From positions 9,188-73,187 of the forward strand of contig JACPQM010000043.1 of the NCBI GenBank assembly GCA_016190505.1: a DNA stretch of 64,000 nucleotides. The letters are read 5' to 3'. Position 1 is the first letter of the stretch, and each line of letters begins with the position of its first letter. Below are positions 38,984 through 48,944 of this stretch, piece by piece. A program made the position numbers and the translations under genes. The notes beneath the pieces are model-generated. The model made no database searches. It was not told the origin of the DNA and saw only the letters and a list, made by a program, of their open reading frames with translations. The stretch is from Chloroflexota bacterium (GTDB taxonomy: Bacteria; Chloroflexota; Dehalococcoidia; JACPQK01).

Positions 38984-39029
38984 GCCTCGCGGTGGGGACC
39001 AGCCAACAGTAGCCCCAGGTCGCGCCATC

Positions 39030-40328
39030 CTACACCGTCCGCACGAACTCCTCAGTCAGCGAGACCAGGTGGTCTATGTCCTGTGTGGTGTGGGCTGCCG
39101 AGATGTAGAAGTGGGGGTGAGACCCGCGGTAGAGCACACGGTGGTCCCGCAGGTAGTCGCTGTAGCGCTCGCCGATGTCTTTGCGAGCGTTGCGGCTAGC
39201 GGAGCGCATATCTCGGGGCCGCTCCGGTGTCAGGTGGACCGAGGCCAGGGCGCCGATGCCCGTGGCGTGGGCTGGTATGCCTGCCCGGCGAAAGGCCCCT
39301 TCGATCCCCTGTCGGCACCGCTCTCCCAGGGCATTCAGGTGCGGGTATATGGCGTCCTGACGCCGTTCCAGCTCGGTGAGTGTCACGTAGCCCGCGCGGC
39401 ACACCAGGGGGTTGCCCGCGTAGGTGCCGCCCTGGTAGGACCGCTGTGACTTGTCCGGGTGCTTCAGGTGGTCAATGAGCTCCATCAGGTCCTGGCGGCC
39501 GCAGAGGGCGCCCACCGGGAAGGCCCCACCGCCCACGATCTTGCCCAGCGTGGTGATGTCGGGCAGGATGCCGTACAGCTCCTGGCCGCCGCCGGGCGCC
39601 AGCCGGAAGCCGGTGACCACCTCGTCGTACATCAGCATGGTGCCGGTGGCGGTGCAGGCCTCCCGGATGCTCTGAAGGAAGGCCCGCTCCGCGGGGATGA
39701 ATCCGGCGGCTCCCTGCACCACCTCGATCATCACCGCAGCCAGGTCGCCCCGGTGGATGGCCTGCAAGGATGTCTCCAGGTCGTTAAAGGGGAGGGCTAC
39801 TGTGTCTTCCAGGGCGCCCTGGGTCAGGCCCAGGCTCTCGGACGCGTCCAGCGGCGCTGAAGATGCCTTGTGGAGGGCATCGTAGCCGCCATGCCAGCCG
39901 CCCTCGTACTTGGCGATCTTGCTTCTGCCCGTCGCTGACCGGGCCAGGCGGATGGCGTACATGTTGGCCTCGGTGCCGCTGTTGGCGAAACGCACCATCT
40001 CGGCGGAGGGGACCATGTCCACGATCTGCTGGGCTAGCAGCACCTCCCACTCGTGGCAGAACCCGAAGTGCGCCCCCAGCGCCACCTGCTGCTGGACGGC
40101 CTCCACCACGGGTGGAAAGCAATGGCCGAGGACCAATGCCCCGTGCCCCATCCAGAAATCGAGGTACTCGTTGCCGTCCAGGTCGTAGACGCGACCGCCC
40201 GCAGCGCGCTTGATGTACACGGGATGGGGGGACATGTGGCGCGAGGAGTAGGTCACGCCTGCCGGCAGCACGGCGGTGGCCCGGGAGTACCATTCCTGGG
40301 ATGCCGGGGTACTGGATACGAAGTCCAT
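39030..40328 (-). CDS. class III aminotransferase (glutamate-1-semialdehyde 2,1-aminomutase-like)
   Basis: The PLP-lysine region and overall architecture are like HemL (…GGRVYDLDGNEYLDF…ANSGTEANMYAIRLAR…). Confidence 0.8.
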   Translation of the reverse strand: MDFVSSTPASQEWYSRATAVLPAGVTYSSRHMSPHPVYIKRAAGGRVYDLDGNEYLDFWMGHGALVLGHCFPPVVEAVQQQVALGAHFGFCHEWEVLLAQQIVDMVPSAEMVRFANSGTEANMYAIRLARSATGRSKIAKYEGGWHGGYDALHKASSAPLDASESLGLTQGALEDTVALPFNDLETSLQAIHRGDLAAVMIEVVQGAAGFIPAERAFLQSIREACTATGTMLMYDEVVTGFRLAPGGGQELYGILPDITTLGKIVGGGAFPVGALCGRQDLMELIDHLKHPDKSQRSYQGGTYAGNPLVCRAGYVTLTELERRQDAIYPHLNALGERCRQGIEGAFRRAGIPAHATGIGALASVHLTPERPRDMRSASRNARKDIGERYSDYLRDHRVLYRGSHPHFYISAAHTTQDIDHLVSLTEEFVRTV

Positions 40329-40390
40329 GGCTCCCTCCTTCAGGTGAGAGACCGCATATGGGGAGTGGCCCGGTTTGCTACCAGCGGTGA

Positions 40391-40402
40391 TGCTATACTA
40401 AC
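40391..40402 (+). promoter_or_regulatory. TGCTATACTAAC extended -10-like motif in the aminotransferase/ftsY divergent region
   Basis: An identical 12-mer occurs at 50089-50100 upstream of ppsA. Related gcTATACT at 5753 and gcTATAAT at 47568. Confidence 0.3.
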
Positions 40403-40480
40403 ATCACACCAGAAGGCGAACAAGGCCCGCCTTGAACAGCCCATTGAGCCGTGGCATAATGGCCTTCCTGACGACCTAGC

Positions 40481-41410
40481 ATGTCCGACAAAGACCAGAA
40501 AGAACAGACGGAGAAAGGCGTACAGCGCACCAGGCAGGCCTGGTGGGGCCGGCTGGCCCGCGTATTCCGCGGTGGTGGCGCCATTGAACCTGGCCTGTGG
40601 GAGGAGCTCGAGGCGGCCCTGTTGATGGCAGACGTGGGGGTTGCCACCACCGAGCGGCTCATCGGCCGGGTGCGGGAGCAGGCCCAGCGGCAAGGCTTCC
40701 GCCAGCCCGAGGAGGTCCGCCAGGCCCTGCAGCGGGAGATGGTGCAGGGGTTACGGGTAGACGGCGCCCGGCCGGGGGCGCCCGCCTCAAGCCCGGAGGT
40801 CATTCTGGTGGTCGGGGTCAACGGCGTGGGCAAGACCACCAGCATCGCCAAGCTGGGCCGCTACTACCAGAGACAGGGGAAGCGGGTGGTCCTGGCCGCT
40901 GCGGACACATTCCGGGCCGCGGCCATCGAGCAGTTGCAGACGTGGGGAGAGCGGCTTGGAGCACCGGTGATCGCCCACAAGCAGGGCGCCGACCCGGGGG
41001 CTGTGGCCTTCGACGCCATGCAAGCGGCGCAAGCCCGTGGCGCGCAGATGCTCATCGTGGACACCGCGGGCCGTCTCCATACCAAATTCAATCTCATGGA
41101 GGAGCTCAAGAAAGTACACAGGGTGATCAGCCGTTGCGACTCCCAGGCTCCTCACCAGGTCCTGCTGGTGCTGGACGCCACCACGGGCCAGAACGGTCTT
41201 ACCCAGGCCCGCGCCTTCACCCAGGCTATCGGCGTCAGCGGGCTGTTTCTGGCCAAGCTGGATGCCACCGCCAAGGGCGGTATCGTGCTGGCGGTGTCCC
41301 AAGAGCTACGGATCCCCGTGCTCTATCTGGGGACGGGTGAGAGGCTCGATGACATGGTGCCCTTCGATGCGGAGGCCTTTGTCCAGGCGTTACTTGCTCC
41401 GGAGGCGTGA
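40481..41410 (+). CDS. ftsY: signal-recognition-particle receptor FtsY (short form lacking A domain)
   Basis: [15 protein letters not shown]-loop and DTAGRLH motifs of an SRP GTPase. Putative -10 CATAAT ~20 nt upstream. Confidence 0.9.
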   Translation: MSDKDQKEQTEKGVQRTRQAWWGRLARVFRGGGAIEPGLWEELEAALLMADVGVATTERLIGRVREQAQRQGFRQPEEVRQALQREMVQGLRVDGARPGAPASSPEVILVVGVNGVGKTTSIAKLGRYYQRQGKRVVLAAADTFRAAAIEQLQTWGERLGAPVIAHKQGADPGAVAFDAMQAAQARGAQMLIVDTAGRLHTKFNLMEELKKVHRVISRCDSQAPHQVLLVLDATTGQNGLTQARAFTQAIGVSGLFLAKLDATAKGGIVLAVSQELRIPVLYLGTGERLDDMVPFDAEAFVQALLAPEA

Positions 41411-41462
41411 CGCCCTGCGTGTGCCGGCCCGCACCGGGGAATGCCACTCGTAGGACGGCCTA

Positions 41463-43841
41463 TTGCTCTGGGTCCTGACCTGGTGGCTCTGGGCTGAGGT
41501 TCTGGGGCTGATCGCCTTCCCCATCGCTTTCGTCCTGTTCCGCAACCTCTACGACCGGGGCTATGCCTTTGCCAAGGTCCTGGGCTTGCTATTGTTGGCC
41601 TACGGGGTCTGGGCGGGTGGCAGCAGTGGGATACTGCCCAATACCAGGCCTATCGCCCTGGGTGTGCTCGGGCTGATAGCGCTGGTGTCGGCGGGCCTGG
41701 CCTGGTCGCAGCGCGCGGCGCTGGCCGAGTTTGTGCGCCGCCGCTACGGGGTGTTGTTAGTGGCGGACGCCGCCCTGCTGGCCTTCTTTCTCCTGGGGGT
41801 GGTTCTGCGCTCCTTCGACCCGGGCGTGTCCCACACCGAGCAGCCCATGGACTTCGCCTTCCTGAACGCGCTGTCCCGCAGCCGCACCTTTCCGCCCGCG
41901 GACCCCTGGCTCAGCGGCTACACCATCAACTACTACTACTTCGGCTACCTGGTCTGGGCGGTCTTCGCCAAGCTGGCAGCTACACCCACAGGTATAGCCT
42001 ATAACCTGGCCCTGGCCCTGACCATGGGCCTGGCTGCCGCGGCTGCCTTCGGCCTCGTGTTCAACCTGGCCCAGGGCAGCAGGGAGAAGGTGCAGGACCG
42101 GGCCTTAGCGTTCGGGCTGGTGGGGGCAACGCTCCTCCTGGTGGTCAGCAATCTGGAGGGGCTGCTGGAGCTGGCCTATGCCCACGGGTTGGGCGGGACC
42201 GGGTTCTGGAGCTGGCTGGGCATCAAGGGGCTGGCCACCCCTTACTCCAGCCCTAACTGGTACCCCAGTGACAACTGGTGGTGGTGGAAGGCCACCCGGG
42301 TGATAGATACGGTTGTCAATGGACAGAGCAAGGACTACACCATCACCGAGTTCCCTTTCTTCAGCTTTCTCCTTGGTGACCTGCACCCGCACGTGAGCGC
42401 ATTGCCCCTGGGCCTGCTGAGCCTGGGTCTGTCGCTGGAACTGATCAGGCAGCCGCACGGGCTGGCATGGACCTGGGCCAGGGGCAACATCGGTTTTCTG
42501 GCGGCGAGCGCGCTGGTAATCGGCGCCCTGGGCTTTGCCAATAGCTGGGACCTGCCCACCTATGGGGCGCTGTGGCTGGCCTGCCTGGGCGTGTGGGCCT
42601 GCGGATCGGGGCAACGCAGGTGGTGGCTTCGGGCGGCGGCCCTGGGTGGGGCCGTGCTGGCGGGCGCTGTAGTGCTCTATTCCCCCTTCTACTGGCGCTT
42701 CAGCCCGCAGACGCGGGGGGTATGGCCGGTGCTGGGGGCGACCACGTGGCCTGTGCACTACCTGGTTGTGTGGGGCGCGTTCGTGCTGCCGGTGGCCTAC
42801 ATAGTCCTGCGCGGCGCCAGACGGTTGCGCCAGGTGGACTGGCGGGTGACCAGGCTGGCCCTGGGGGTGGCGTTGGTCCCGCTGGCGCTGTGGTCAGCTA
42901 TTGCCCTGTTCCTCAGCATGTTCGGGGGTGAGCCGGGCAATGGCGCGGTGGCCTGGCGCTGGTTCAAGCTGGCGCCCCTGGTGGCCGCCATCGGCGGTTC
43001 CCTGGCCCTGGCCTTCGGCCAGGCGAGTCGAGAAGGGGCCGACAGGCACGAGGCGTTTGCCCTGCTCCTGCTGGCCTTCGGCCTGGGAGTGACCTACGTC
43101 CCCGAGCTGTTCTACGTTCGAGACCTGTTCGGCAACCGCATGAACACGATGTTCAAGCTATACTATCAGGGCTGGACGTTGCTATCCCTGGCAGCCGCCT
43201 ACGGGCTATGCCGCTGGGGCGACCTGGTAGGAAGCCGTGCCGAAGCAGGTATTACGGTGCGGTCACGCGAACCCTCCGGCGGCAACAGCCGGCGGGTGAT
43301 TGGGGTCTCGGCATGGGGTGGGAGGCTGGCCCTGGCCCTGGGGGCTGCCCTGATCGTGGCCGGGCTGGCCTATCCCGCGGCGGCCTTTGCCTCGCGGCAG
43401 GCTACCAGTCCTGGTAGGTTCACAGTGGACGCGCTGGCCCCGGTGGAGGCTTCTAGGCCCGGCGAGTATAGCGCCGTGCGCTGGCTGCTGGAGCGGCCGG
43501 GGCAACCAGTGGTCCTGGAGGCCGTCGGCGGGAGCTACACTGGGTATGCGCGGGTGTCTGCCATGACCGGGCTGCCCACCGTTCTGGGCTGGTCCGGCCA
43601 CGAGCACCAGTGGCGGGGTAACACTCGCCCCTTCGAGGGGCGTGAGGCCGACGTCGAACAGGCCTACCGCAGCTCGGACCAGGCGCAGGTGCTGGCCCTG
43701 CTTCGCAAGTACCAGGTGCGTTACGTCTACGTGGGCGATTTGGAGCGAAGCAAGTATGGCGCTGCCGTGGACGGGTTCCAGGGCATGCTGCCGGTGGCCT
43801 TCTCCGCTCCCGGAGTCACCATATATGAGGTGCCGGCATGA
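41463..43841 (+). CDS. Chlor_Arch_YYY / DUF2298 family integral membrane protein
   Basis: Characteristic TINYYYFGY motif. ~12 predicted transmembrane segments. The TTG start is the only candidate after an in-frame stop. Confidence 0.7.
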   Translation: MLWVLTWWLWAEVLGLIAFPIAFVLFRNLYDRGYAFAKVLGLLLLAYGVWAGGSSGILPNTRPIALGVLGLIALVSAGLAWSQRAALAEFVRRRYGVLLVADAALLAFFLLGVVLRSFDPGVSHTEQPMDFAFLNALSRSRTFPPADPWLSGYTINYYYFGYLVWAVFAKLAATPTGIAYNLALALTMGLAAAAAFGLVFNLAQGSREKVQDRALAFGLVGATLLLVVSNLEGLLELAYAHGLGGTGFWSWLGIKGLATPYSSPNWYPSDNWWWWKATRVIDTVVNGQSKDYTITEFPFFSFLLGDLHPHVSALPLGLLSLGLSLELIRQPHGLAWTWARGNIGFLAASALVIGALGFANSWDLPTYGALWLACLGVWACGSGQRRWWLRAAALGGAVLAGAVVLYSPFYWRFSPQTRGVWPVLGATTWPVHYLVVWGAFVLPVAYIVLRGARRLRQVDWRVTRLALGVALVPLALWSAIALFLSMFGGEPGNGAVAWRWFKLAPLVAAIGGSLALAFGQASREGADRHEAFALLLLAFGLGVTYVPELFYVRDLFGNRMNTMFKLYYQGWTLLSLAAAYGLCRWGDLVGSRAEAGITVRSREPSGGNSRRVIGVSAWGGRLALALGAALIVAGLAYPAAAFASRQATSPGRFTVDALAPVEASRPGEYSAVRWLLERPGQPVVLEAVGGSYTGYARVSAMTGLPTVLGWSGHEHQWRGNTRPFEGREADVEQAYRSSDQAQVLALLRKYQVRYVYVGDLERSKYGAAVDGFQGMLPVAFSAPGVTIYEVPA

Positions 43842-45928
43842 TGGCAGAACCCCCTGACAACCGGACTGGTCCACCGGCCCCGGCCGTGTCCGCGCCTGCC
43901 GAGGCCGTGGACCACTCGGCGGCGCAGCCCCGACGCGTCGGGGCCATCGCCCGCTGGGAGATCGTGGTCTGGGTGGTGCTCATCCTGGCGTCGGCGGCGC
44001 TGCGGCTGTGGGACCTGGGCGGCAGGGCCTACCAGTACGACGAAAGCCTCCACGCCTCCACTGCCTGGAACCTCTACCGGCACTGGAATTACCAGCACGC
44101 GCCCATGATGCACGGGCCGTTCCAGTTCTACGGCACGGCGCTGATGTTCTTCCTCTTCGGGGACAGCGACTACACCGGCCGGTTGCTGTACGCCCTCTTC
44201 GGCATTGCCCTGGTAGGCCTGCCCTTCTTCTGGCGCCGGGAGCTGGGTAGGGCCGGGGCGCTGGCCGCGGCCGGCCTCATCGCCATCTCGCCCATGCTCC
44301 TCTACTACAGCCGGTTCGCCCGCAACGAAAGCCCGATCTCCGTGTGGAACCTGGCCCTGGCCATCTGCATGTGGTGCTACCTCCAGGGGCGCCGGCCTCG
44401 GTACCTGTACCTCGGTGCGCTGTTCCTTGCCCTGGCCTTCGCTACTAAAGAGACGGCCTACATCACGGCGGCCATCTTCGGCACCTTCCTGCTGCTCATG
44501 GGCGGATGGGACCTGCTGCGCTGGGTGAGGCACGGTTTCCGGCACGTGATGCTGTCCCCGGCGGCGGAGTTCTTCCTGATGATGGCTTCTCTGCTGTTGC
44601 CTCTGGCGGCGGCAGCCACCACTCTGCCCGCGCGATGGCTGGGGGTGGACCTGAGCCGGCCCATAGGGGAAGCCGGGGTGATTGATGCCAAGGTGGGTGG
44701 GGCGGCGCTGGTGACGCTGGGCTTCTTCGCCCTGACGGCGGCCCTTGGCCTGGTCTGGAACCGGCGCCTCTGGGTACGCTGCTTTGCCATCTTTTACGGT
44801 GTGTTCCTGGTGATGTACACTTCGCTTTTCACCTGGCTCCCCGGTTTCGGCAGCGGAGTCTGGGGCAGCCTCGACTACTGGTTGCTCCAGCAGGGCGTGA
44901 GGCGAGGTGGGCAGCCCGAGTACTACTACCTGATCGTCATGCCCATCTACGAGTTCCTGCCTCTTATTCTGACCTTCTTCGGTTGGATGGCCTTCTGGAA
45001 CCGGCGCAACCCCTTCGATCAGTTCCTGATCTACTGGGCGGGCATGAGCCTGATCCTCTACTCGCTGGGCGGAGAGAGGATGCCCTGGCTGAGCGTACAC
45101 ATCGTGTTGCCCATGGCGCTGCTGGGTGGCCGCTGGCTGGGTGAGCGACTGGAGAGGGTGGACTGGCGCTCCCTGGCCCGGCGCGAGACTGCATACATGG
45201 CCCTATTCGGCCTGCTGCTGCTGCTGGGGGCCGGCGCCCTGGTGAGGGCTGGGCCGCGAGGTGTGGGACAGCTCATCCCGGGGACTTCGCTGGTGCTGGT
45301 GTTCATCGTGGCCCTGCTGGCCGGGGCTACCGTCTACTGTAGCCTGCGCCTGGGCAGGAGGCGGGCACTGACGGTGGGGTCCCTGGCCCTGCTGGGAATC
45401 CTGGCGGTATTGACGCTGCGGGCGAGCTGGCTGGCCAGCTTCCGCCAGGGCGACGTCCCGGTGGAGATGATCACCTACGCCCAGGGCTCCAACGAAGTGC
45501 CCCCGATCATGGAGTCGGTGGACAGGGTGGCGCGGCAGACTGGCAAGGGCTACGACCTGCCGCTGGTGGTGGACCGGGACATTTACTGGGGCATGGTGTG
45601 GTACCTGCGGCGCTACAAGAACGTCGAGTACGCCACCATCTCGGGGATGACAGCGCCCAAGGAAGGGGCCGTCCTGCTTATGGATGTGGGGAACGAGGCA
45701 TCGGCCCAGCCATTCCTGGAGAACTATGGCCCGAGGGTAAGGTTCCTATACCTGTGGTGGCCCGCCGAGGGCTACAAGACCCTGACGCCCCAGCGCCTGC
45801 TGGACTCGGTGACCAGCGGACGCAAGTGGTTGGACATGGGGCTGTACTTCCTGCACCGCAAGACTGAGGTCTCCTTCGCCCTGCACCAGGCAGTAGCCTA
45901 CTTCCCGAAGGGCTACCCTGTGCCTTGA
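43838..45928 (+). CDS. GT39-like glycosyltransferase (ArnT/PMT-type, 2-TM partner of YYY proteins)
   Basis: The ATG overlaps the upstream stop (ATGA). N-terminal region …DESLHASTAWNL… and a transmembrane-rich body. Confidence 0.7.
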   Translation: MMAEPPDNRTGPPAPAVSAPAEAVDHSAAQPRRVGAIARWEIVVWVVLILASAALRLWDLGGRAYQYDESLHASTAWNLYRHWNYQHAPMMHGPFQFYGTALMFFLFGDSDYTGRLLYALFGIALVGLPFFWRRELGRAGALAAAGLIAISPMLLYYSRFARNESPISVWNLALAICMWCYLQGRRPRYLYLGALFLALAFATKETAYITAAIFGTFLLLMGGWDLLRWVRHGFRHVMLSPAAEFFLMMASLLLPLAAAATTLPARWLGVDLSRPIGEAGVIDAKVGGAALVTLGFFALTAALGLVWNRRLWVRCFAIFYGVFLVMYTSLFTWLPGFGSGVWGSLDYWLLQQGVRRGGQPEYYYLIVMPIYEFLPLILTFFGWMAFWNRRNPFDQFLIYWAGMSLILYSLGGERMPWLSVHIVLPMALLGGRWLGERLERVDWRSLARRETAYMALFGLLLLLGAGALVRAGPRGVGQLIPGTSLVLVFIVALLAGATVYCSLRLGRRRALTVGSLALLGILAVLTLRASWLASFRQGDVPVEMITYAQGSNEVPPIMESVDRVARQTGKGYDLPLVVDRDIYWGMVWYLRRYKNVEYATISGMTAPKEGAVLLMDVGNEASAQPFLENYGPRVRFLYLWWPAEGYKTLTPQRLLDSVTSGRKWLDMGLYFLHRKTEVSFALHQAVAYFPKGYPVP

Positions 45929-45995
45929 CGGCAGGCCGCGCGCGAAGATACAATAAGAACGCGCTTTCGGATTTGGGCGGGAGGTATGCAACGCA

Positions 45996-46214
45996 ATGCC
46001 ATTCAAATTCGGCGGCTGGGAGCTAATCCTAATACTGGCCATAGTGCTTATCATCTTCGGGGCTGGCCGCTTGCCCGAGATCGGTGGCGCCATGGGGAAG
46101 GCCATCCGTTCGTTCAAGAGGTCCTCAGAGGGAGAGGATGAGCCGAAGCCGAAGGCCAAGCGGGGCAGGGCCAAGGCCAAGACCGAGGCCAAGGAGACCT
46201 CCAAGGCGAAGTAG
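45996..46214 (+). CDS. tatA: twin-arginine translocase TatA/E
   Basis: [27 protein letters not shown]…GKAIRSFK is a canonical TatA sequence, with a lysine-rich tail. Confidence 0.85.
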   Translation: MPFKFGGWELILILAIVLIIFGAGRLPEIGGAMGKAIRSFKRSSEGEDEPKPKAKRGRAKAKTEAKETSKAK

Positions 46215-46250
46215 CTTCGTGGCGTGGGCTGGGCCCATGTGGCAGCATGA

Positions 46251-46280
46251 CAAGGGCACCCGAGGTGCCCTTGTGGTTTT
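46251..46280 (+). terminator. intrinsic terminator after tatA (10-bp stem plus U-rich tail)
   Basis: caagggcacc-cga-ggtgcccttg followed by tggtttt. Confidence 0.6.
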
Positions 46281-46299
46281 CCGTAGGGGGTAGCGCTGG

Positions 46300-47037
46300 T
46301 TGCGCACCGCCTGTTTCGTCGGAACGAGTGGCTGGGTCTATCCCCACTGGCGAGGCCCTTTCTATCCTCAGGGCCTGCCCCAGACCTTGTGGCTGAAGTA
46401 CTACGCTCAGCACTTCTCCACCGTCGAGCTGAACAACAGCTTCTACCGCCTGCCCTCGGAGGCCGCCTTCCAGCGCTGGAGGGACTCGACCCCGGGGGGC
46501 TTCGTGTTCACGGTCAAGGCCAGCCGCCTGATCACCCACTACAAGAAGCTGCGCAACGTGACTGAGGCTCTGGAGAACTTCCTGGCCCGGGCCCGCCTGC
46601 TTGGGCCTAAGCTTGGGCCTGTCCTCTACCAGCTCCCGCCCAACCTCAAGCGCAATCACGAGCTGCTGGACGCGTTTCTTGCCGGTCTGCCTCGGGACGT
46701 GCCCGCCGTCTTCGAGTTTCGGGAGGCATCCTGGTTCCACGACGAGACATTCTCCCTGCTGCGCCGCTACGGGGCCGGCTTCTGCATCATGGACCTGGTG
46801 GGACTGCCCTGCCCTTTTGTGGTGACCACGGACTTCGCCTACGTCCGCTTCCACGGCCCGGCGGGCTATTACACGGGCAGCTACCCAGACAGGGAGCTTG
46901 CCGGATGGGCCGATAGGATAAGGGGCATATCCCAAGACCTGTCCGCAGTCTACGTCTACTTCAACAACGACGTGGGTGGGGCGGCGGTGGCCAACGCTCG
47001 CACGCTGGGTACGATGCTGGGGAGCCGCACAACGTAG
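46300..47037 (+). CDS. DUF72 (YecE-like) family protein
   Basis: VGTSGWVYPHW…FYP…YAQHFSTVELNNSFYRLP is the DUF72 signature. TTG start. Confidence 0.75.
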   Translation: MRTACFVGTSGWVYPHWRGPFYPQGLPQTLWLKYYAQHFSTVELNNSFYRLPSEAAFQRWRDSTPGGFVFTVKASRLITHYKKLRNVTEALENFLARARLLGPKLGPVLYQLPPNLKRNHELLDAFLAGLPRDVPAVFEFREASWFHDETFSLLRRYGAGFCIMDLVGLPCPFVVTTDFAYVRFHGPAGYYTGSYPDRELAGWADRIRGISQDLSAVYVYFNNDVGGAAVANARTLGTMLGSRTT

Positions 47038-47054
47038 GGACAGACCTGTGCAGC

Positions 47055-47078
47055 CGCTTTCGCTACTTGTCGAAAGCG
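47055..47078. terminator. hairpin cgctttcg-N8-cgaaagcg after the DUF72 gene
   Basis: 8-bp perfect inverted repeat. Confidence 0.4.
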
Positions 47079-47120
47079 TTGTCATGGAACGTTGGTGCGG
47101 TCTCGAATCCACTGCGCCCG

Positions 47121-47213
47121 CTCCTTTCAATGAACCAAGCCCCCATGTCATTCTGGAGTCCCGACGCATCGGGGCGAAGAATCCGCGCCCCCTGGTCTAG
47201 CTTGGCGCCGGGG
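47121..47213. repeat. second copy of the 10905-type dispersed repeat
   Basis: Sequence similarity seen directly. Confidence 0.5.
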
Positions 47214-47265
47214 AGTCGGACAGGACGACGTATCAGAGTCGTGCCCCTGGCACCGGGCATGCCCC

Positions 47266-47345
47266 GTCATTGCGAGCGCAGCGAAGCAACCTTCTGCCAA
47301 GTTGGCGGCTGTAGGTTGCTTCGTCGCTCCGCTCCTCGCAATGAC
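47266..47345. repeat. palindromic repeat unit gtcattgcgag…ctcgcaatgac (copy 2)
   Basis: Matches 8281-8373. Confidence 0.5.
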
Positions 47346-47404
47346 ATACAATCCCCCGGTGCGTCCGAGGTCCTCGCAACGACGGAATGCGCACGCCGCG
47401 AGCC

Positions 47405-47442
47405 GGTTCATTGCTCTACATTGGGTCCCGACGGCTCGGGAC
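47405..47442. repeat. ggttcattgctctacattgggtcccgacggctcgggacc repeat (same as the right TIR at 8422-8461)
   Basis: 23 nt identical to 8422-8444, followed by the same type of CCCGA-N-TCGGG hairpin. Confidence 0.5.
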
Positions 47443-47567
47443 CTGTGGAACTCGCAATGACGCCTAGCGGCGCCAATCGACCCGATAGGTGAGTCCCGAC
47501 AGGTCGGGACTACAGCCACGGATCACGGGGCGACGAATATGGGGGTTTGCCTCCCCTCAGCGTCGTC

Positions 47568-47575
47568 GCTATAAT
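47568..47575 (+). promoter_or_regulatory. GCTATAAT -10 element ~35 nt upstream of cmk
   Basis: Consensus sigma-70-like -10 hexamer. Confidence 0.4.
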
Positions 47576-47610
47576 TACGGTATTGTTATCCGTTTTGCGA
47601 GTCTGTTGAC

Positions 47611-48288
47611 ATGCCACGGCCGGCGACCATCGCACTGGACGGCCCGGTAGCTTCCGGTAAGACCACGGTAGGGCTGAGGTTGGCCCAGAGGCTGGGCTAT
47701 CGCTTCATTGACACCGGCGCCATGTATCGAGCTCTCACCTGGAAAGCCCTCAAGGCCAGCCTGGACTTCCAGGACCAGGCCGGGCTAGCGCGTCTAGCTG
47801 CCTCCACCAGCGTGGACCTGGTGTGGGGCAACCATGGCGGGCGCCCCTTTTCGGTCGTAGTTGACAGGGAAGACGTGACCGACGAGCTGCGCAGGGCCGA
47901 GGTGGACCGGAGCGTGTCCCTGGTGGCCCGCGTGCCCGAGGTGCGCCGGGCGCTGGTGGCCCGGCAGCGCGACATGGCCCTCGAGGGCCCCGTGGTCATG
48001 GCCGGGCGCGATATCGGCACCGTGGTGCTGCCGGCAGCCCAGCTTAAGGTGTACCTCGATGCGTCGCCCGAAGTGAGGGCGCTGCGCCGCTACCACGAGT
48101 TGCGTGCCATGGGGATCGGGTCCGACTACCAGGACATCCTGGATGGGCTGACCAGGCGGGATGACCTGGACAGCAGCCGGGCTGATTCTCCGCTCAGGCC
48201 GGCTGCCGACGCCCGCCACATCAACACCGACGCCCTGACCCTCGAACAGGTAGTGGACGCCATCCTGGGATTGGTGGGGAACAACTGA
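47611..48288 (+). CDS. cmk: cytidylate kinase
   Basis: P-loop IALDGPVASGKTT…IDTGAMYR. GCTATAAT -10-like motif ~40 nt upstream. Confidence 0.9.
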   Translation: MPRPATIALDGPVASGKTTVGLRLAQRLGYRFIDTGAMYRALTWKALKASLDFQDQAGLARLAASTSVDLVWGNHGGRPFSVVVDREDVTDELRRAEVDRSVSLVARVPEVRRALVARQRDMALEGPVVMAGRDIGTVVLPAAQLKVYLDASPEVRALRRYHELRAMGIGSDYQDILDGLTRRDDLDSSRADSPLRPAADARHINTDALTLEQVVDAILGLVGNN

Positions 48289-48944
48289 TGGCCCTGTTCT
48301 ACCACGTGTGCACTGGGGCGTTTGCCGGGGCGGTCCGCTTGCTGGCCTCCTACCATGTGGAAGGCAGGCAACACCTGCCCAAAGGGCCGGTCATAGTGGT
48401 GTCCAACCACCTCAGCTTCTTGGACCCGCCATTGCTGGGGGCTAGCCTGCACCGACAGATGGTCTTCCTGGCCAAGAGAGAGCTGTTCCACGGCTTGGGG
48501 GGCTGGTGCGTGCGCACCTACGGCGCTATTGAGGTCCGGCGCGGCGAGTTCGACCGCAAGGGGCTGGAGGAGGCCGAGGCGGTACTGGGCCGGGGGCTTG
48601 CCCTGGGGGTATTCCCCGAAGGCAGGCGCCATCCCCAAGGGGGTATGGGCCGCGCCCAGCCCGGTGCGGTGCTCCTGGCCTGCCGGACTGGCGTGCCCGT
48701 GCTGCCGGTGGGCATCATTGGGACCGAACGCGTGCAAAAGCTCAAGGACGTCTTCTCGCGCCCTACCATCCGGGTAGCTGTTGGTGAGCCCATACAGATA
48801 CCGTCGTCGCAGGAGGCCATATCGAAGACCTATCTAGCCCACTGGCACCAGCAGGTTATGTCCGCGGTGGCCGGGCTCCTTCCTGAACCTTACCAGGGTG
48901 CCTACCGGGCTGCGGGCGCCAGGGCATTGGCCCTGGGGGAATGA
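48288..48944 (+). CDS. plsC: 1-acyl-sn-glycerol-3-phosphate acyltransferase
   Basis: HxxxxD motif (VSNHLSFLD) and FPEG(T/R)R motif. The start overlaps the cmk stop. Confidence 0.8.
   Translation: MALFYHVCTGAFAGAVRLLASYHVEGRQHLPKGPVIVVSNHLSFLDPPLLGASLHRQMVFLAKRELFHGLGGWCVRTYGAIEVRRGEFDRKGLEEAEAVLGRGLALGVFPEGRRHPQGGMGRAQPGAVLLACRTGVPVLPVGIIGTERVQKLKDVFSRPTIRVAVGEPIQIPSSQEAISKTYLAHWHQQVMSAVAGLLPEPYQGAYRAAGARALALGE

Noticed and set aside
43727-45100. 457-aa minus-strand ORF
   Set aside because: Antisense to the GT39-like membrane protein gene. High-GC artefact.
46114-47169. 351-aa minus-strand ORF
   Set aside because: Antisense to the DUF72 and tatA region. No domain. Arg/Ala/Gly-rich.
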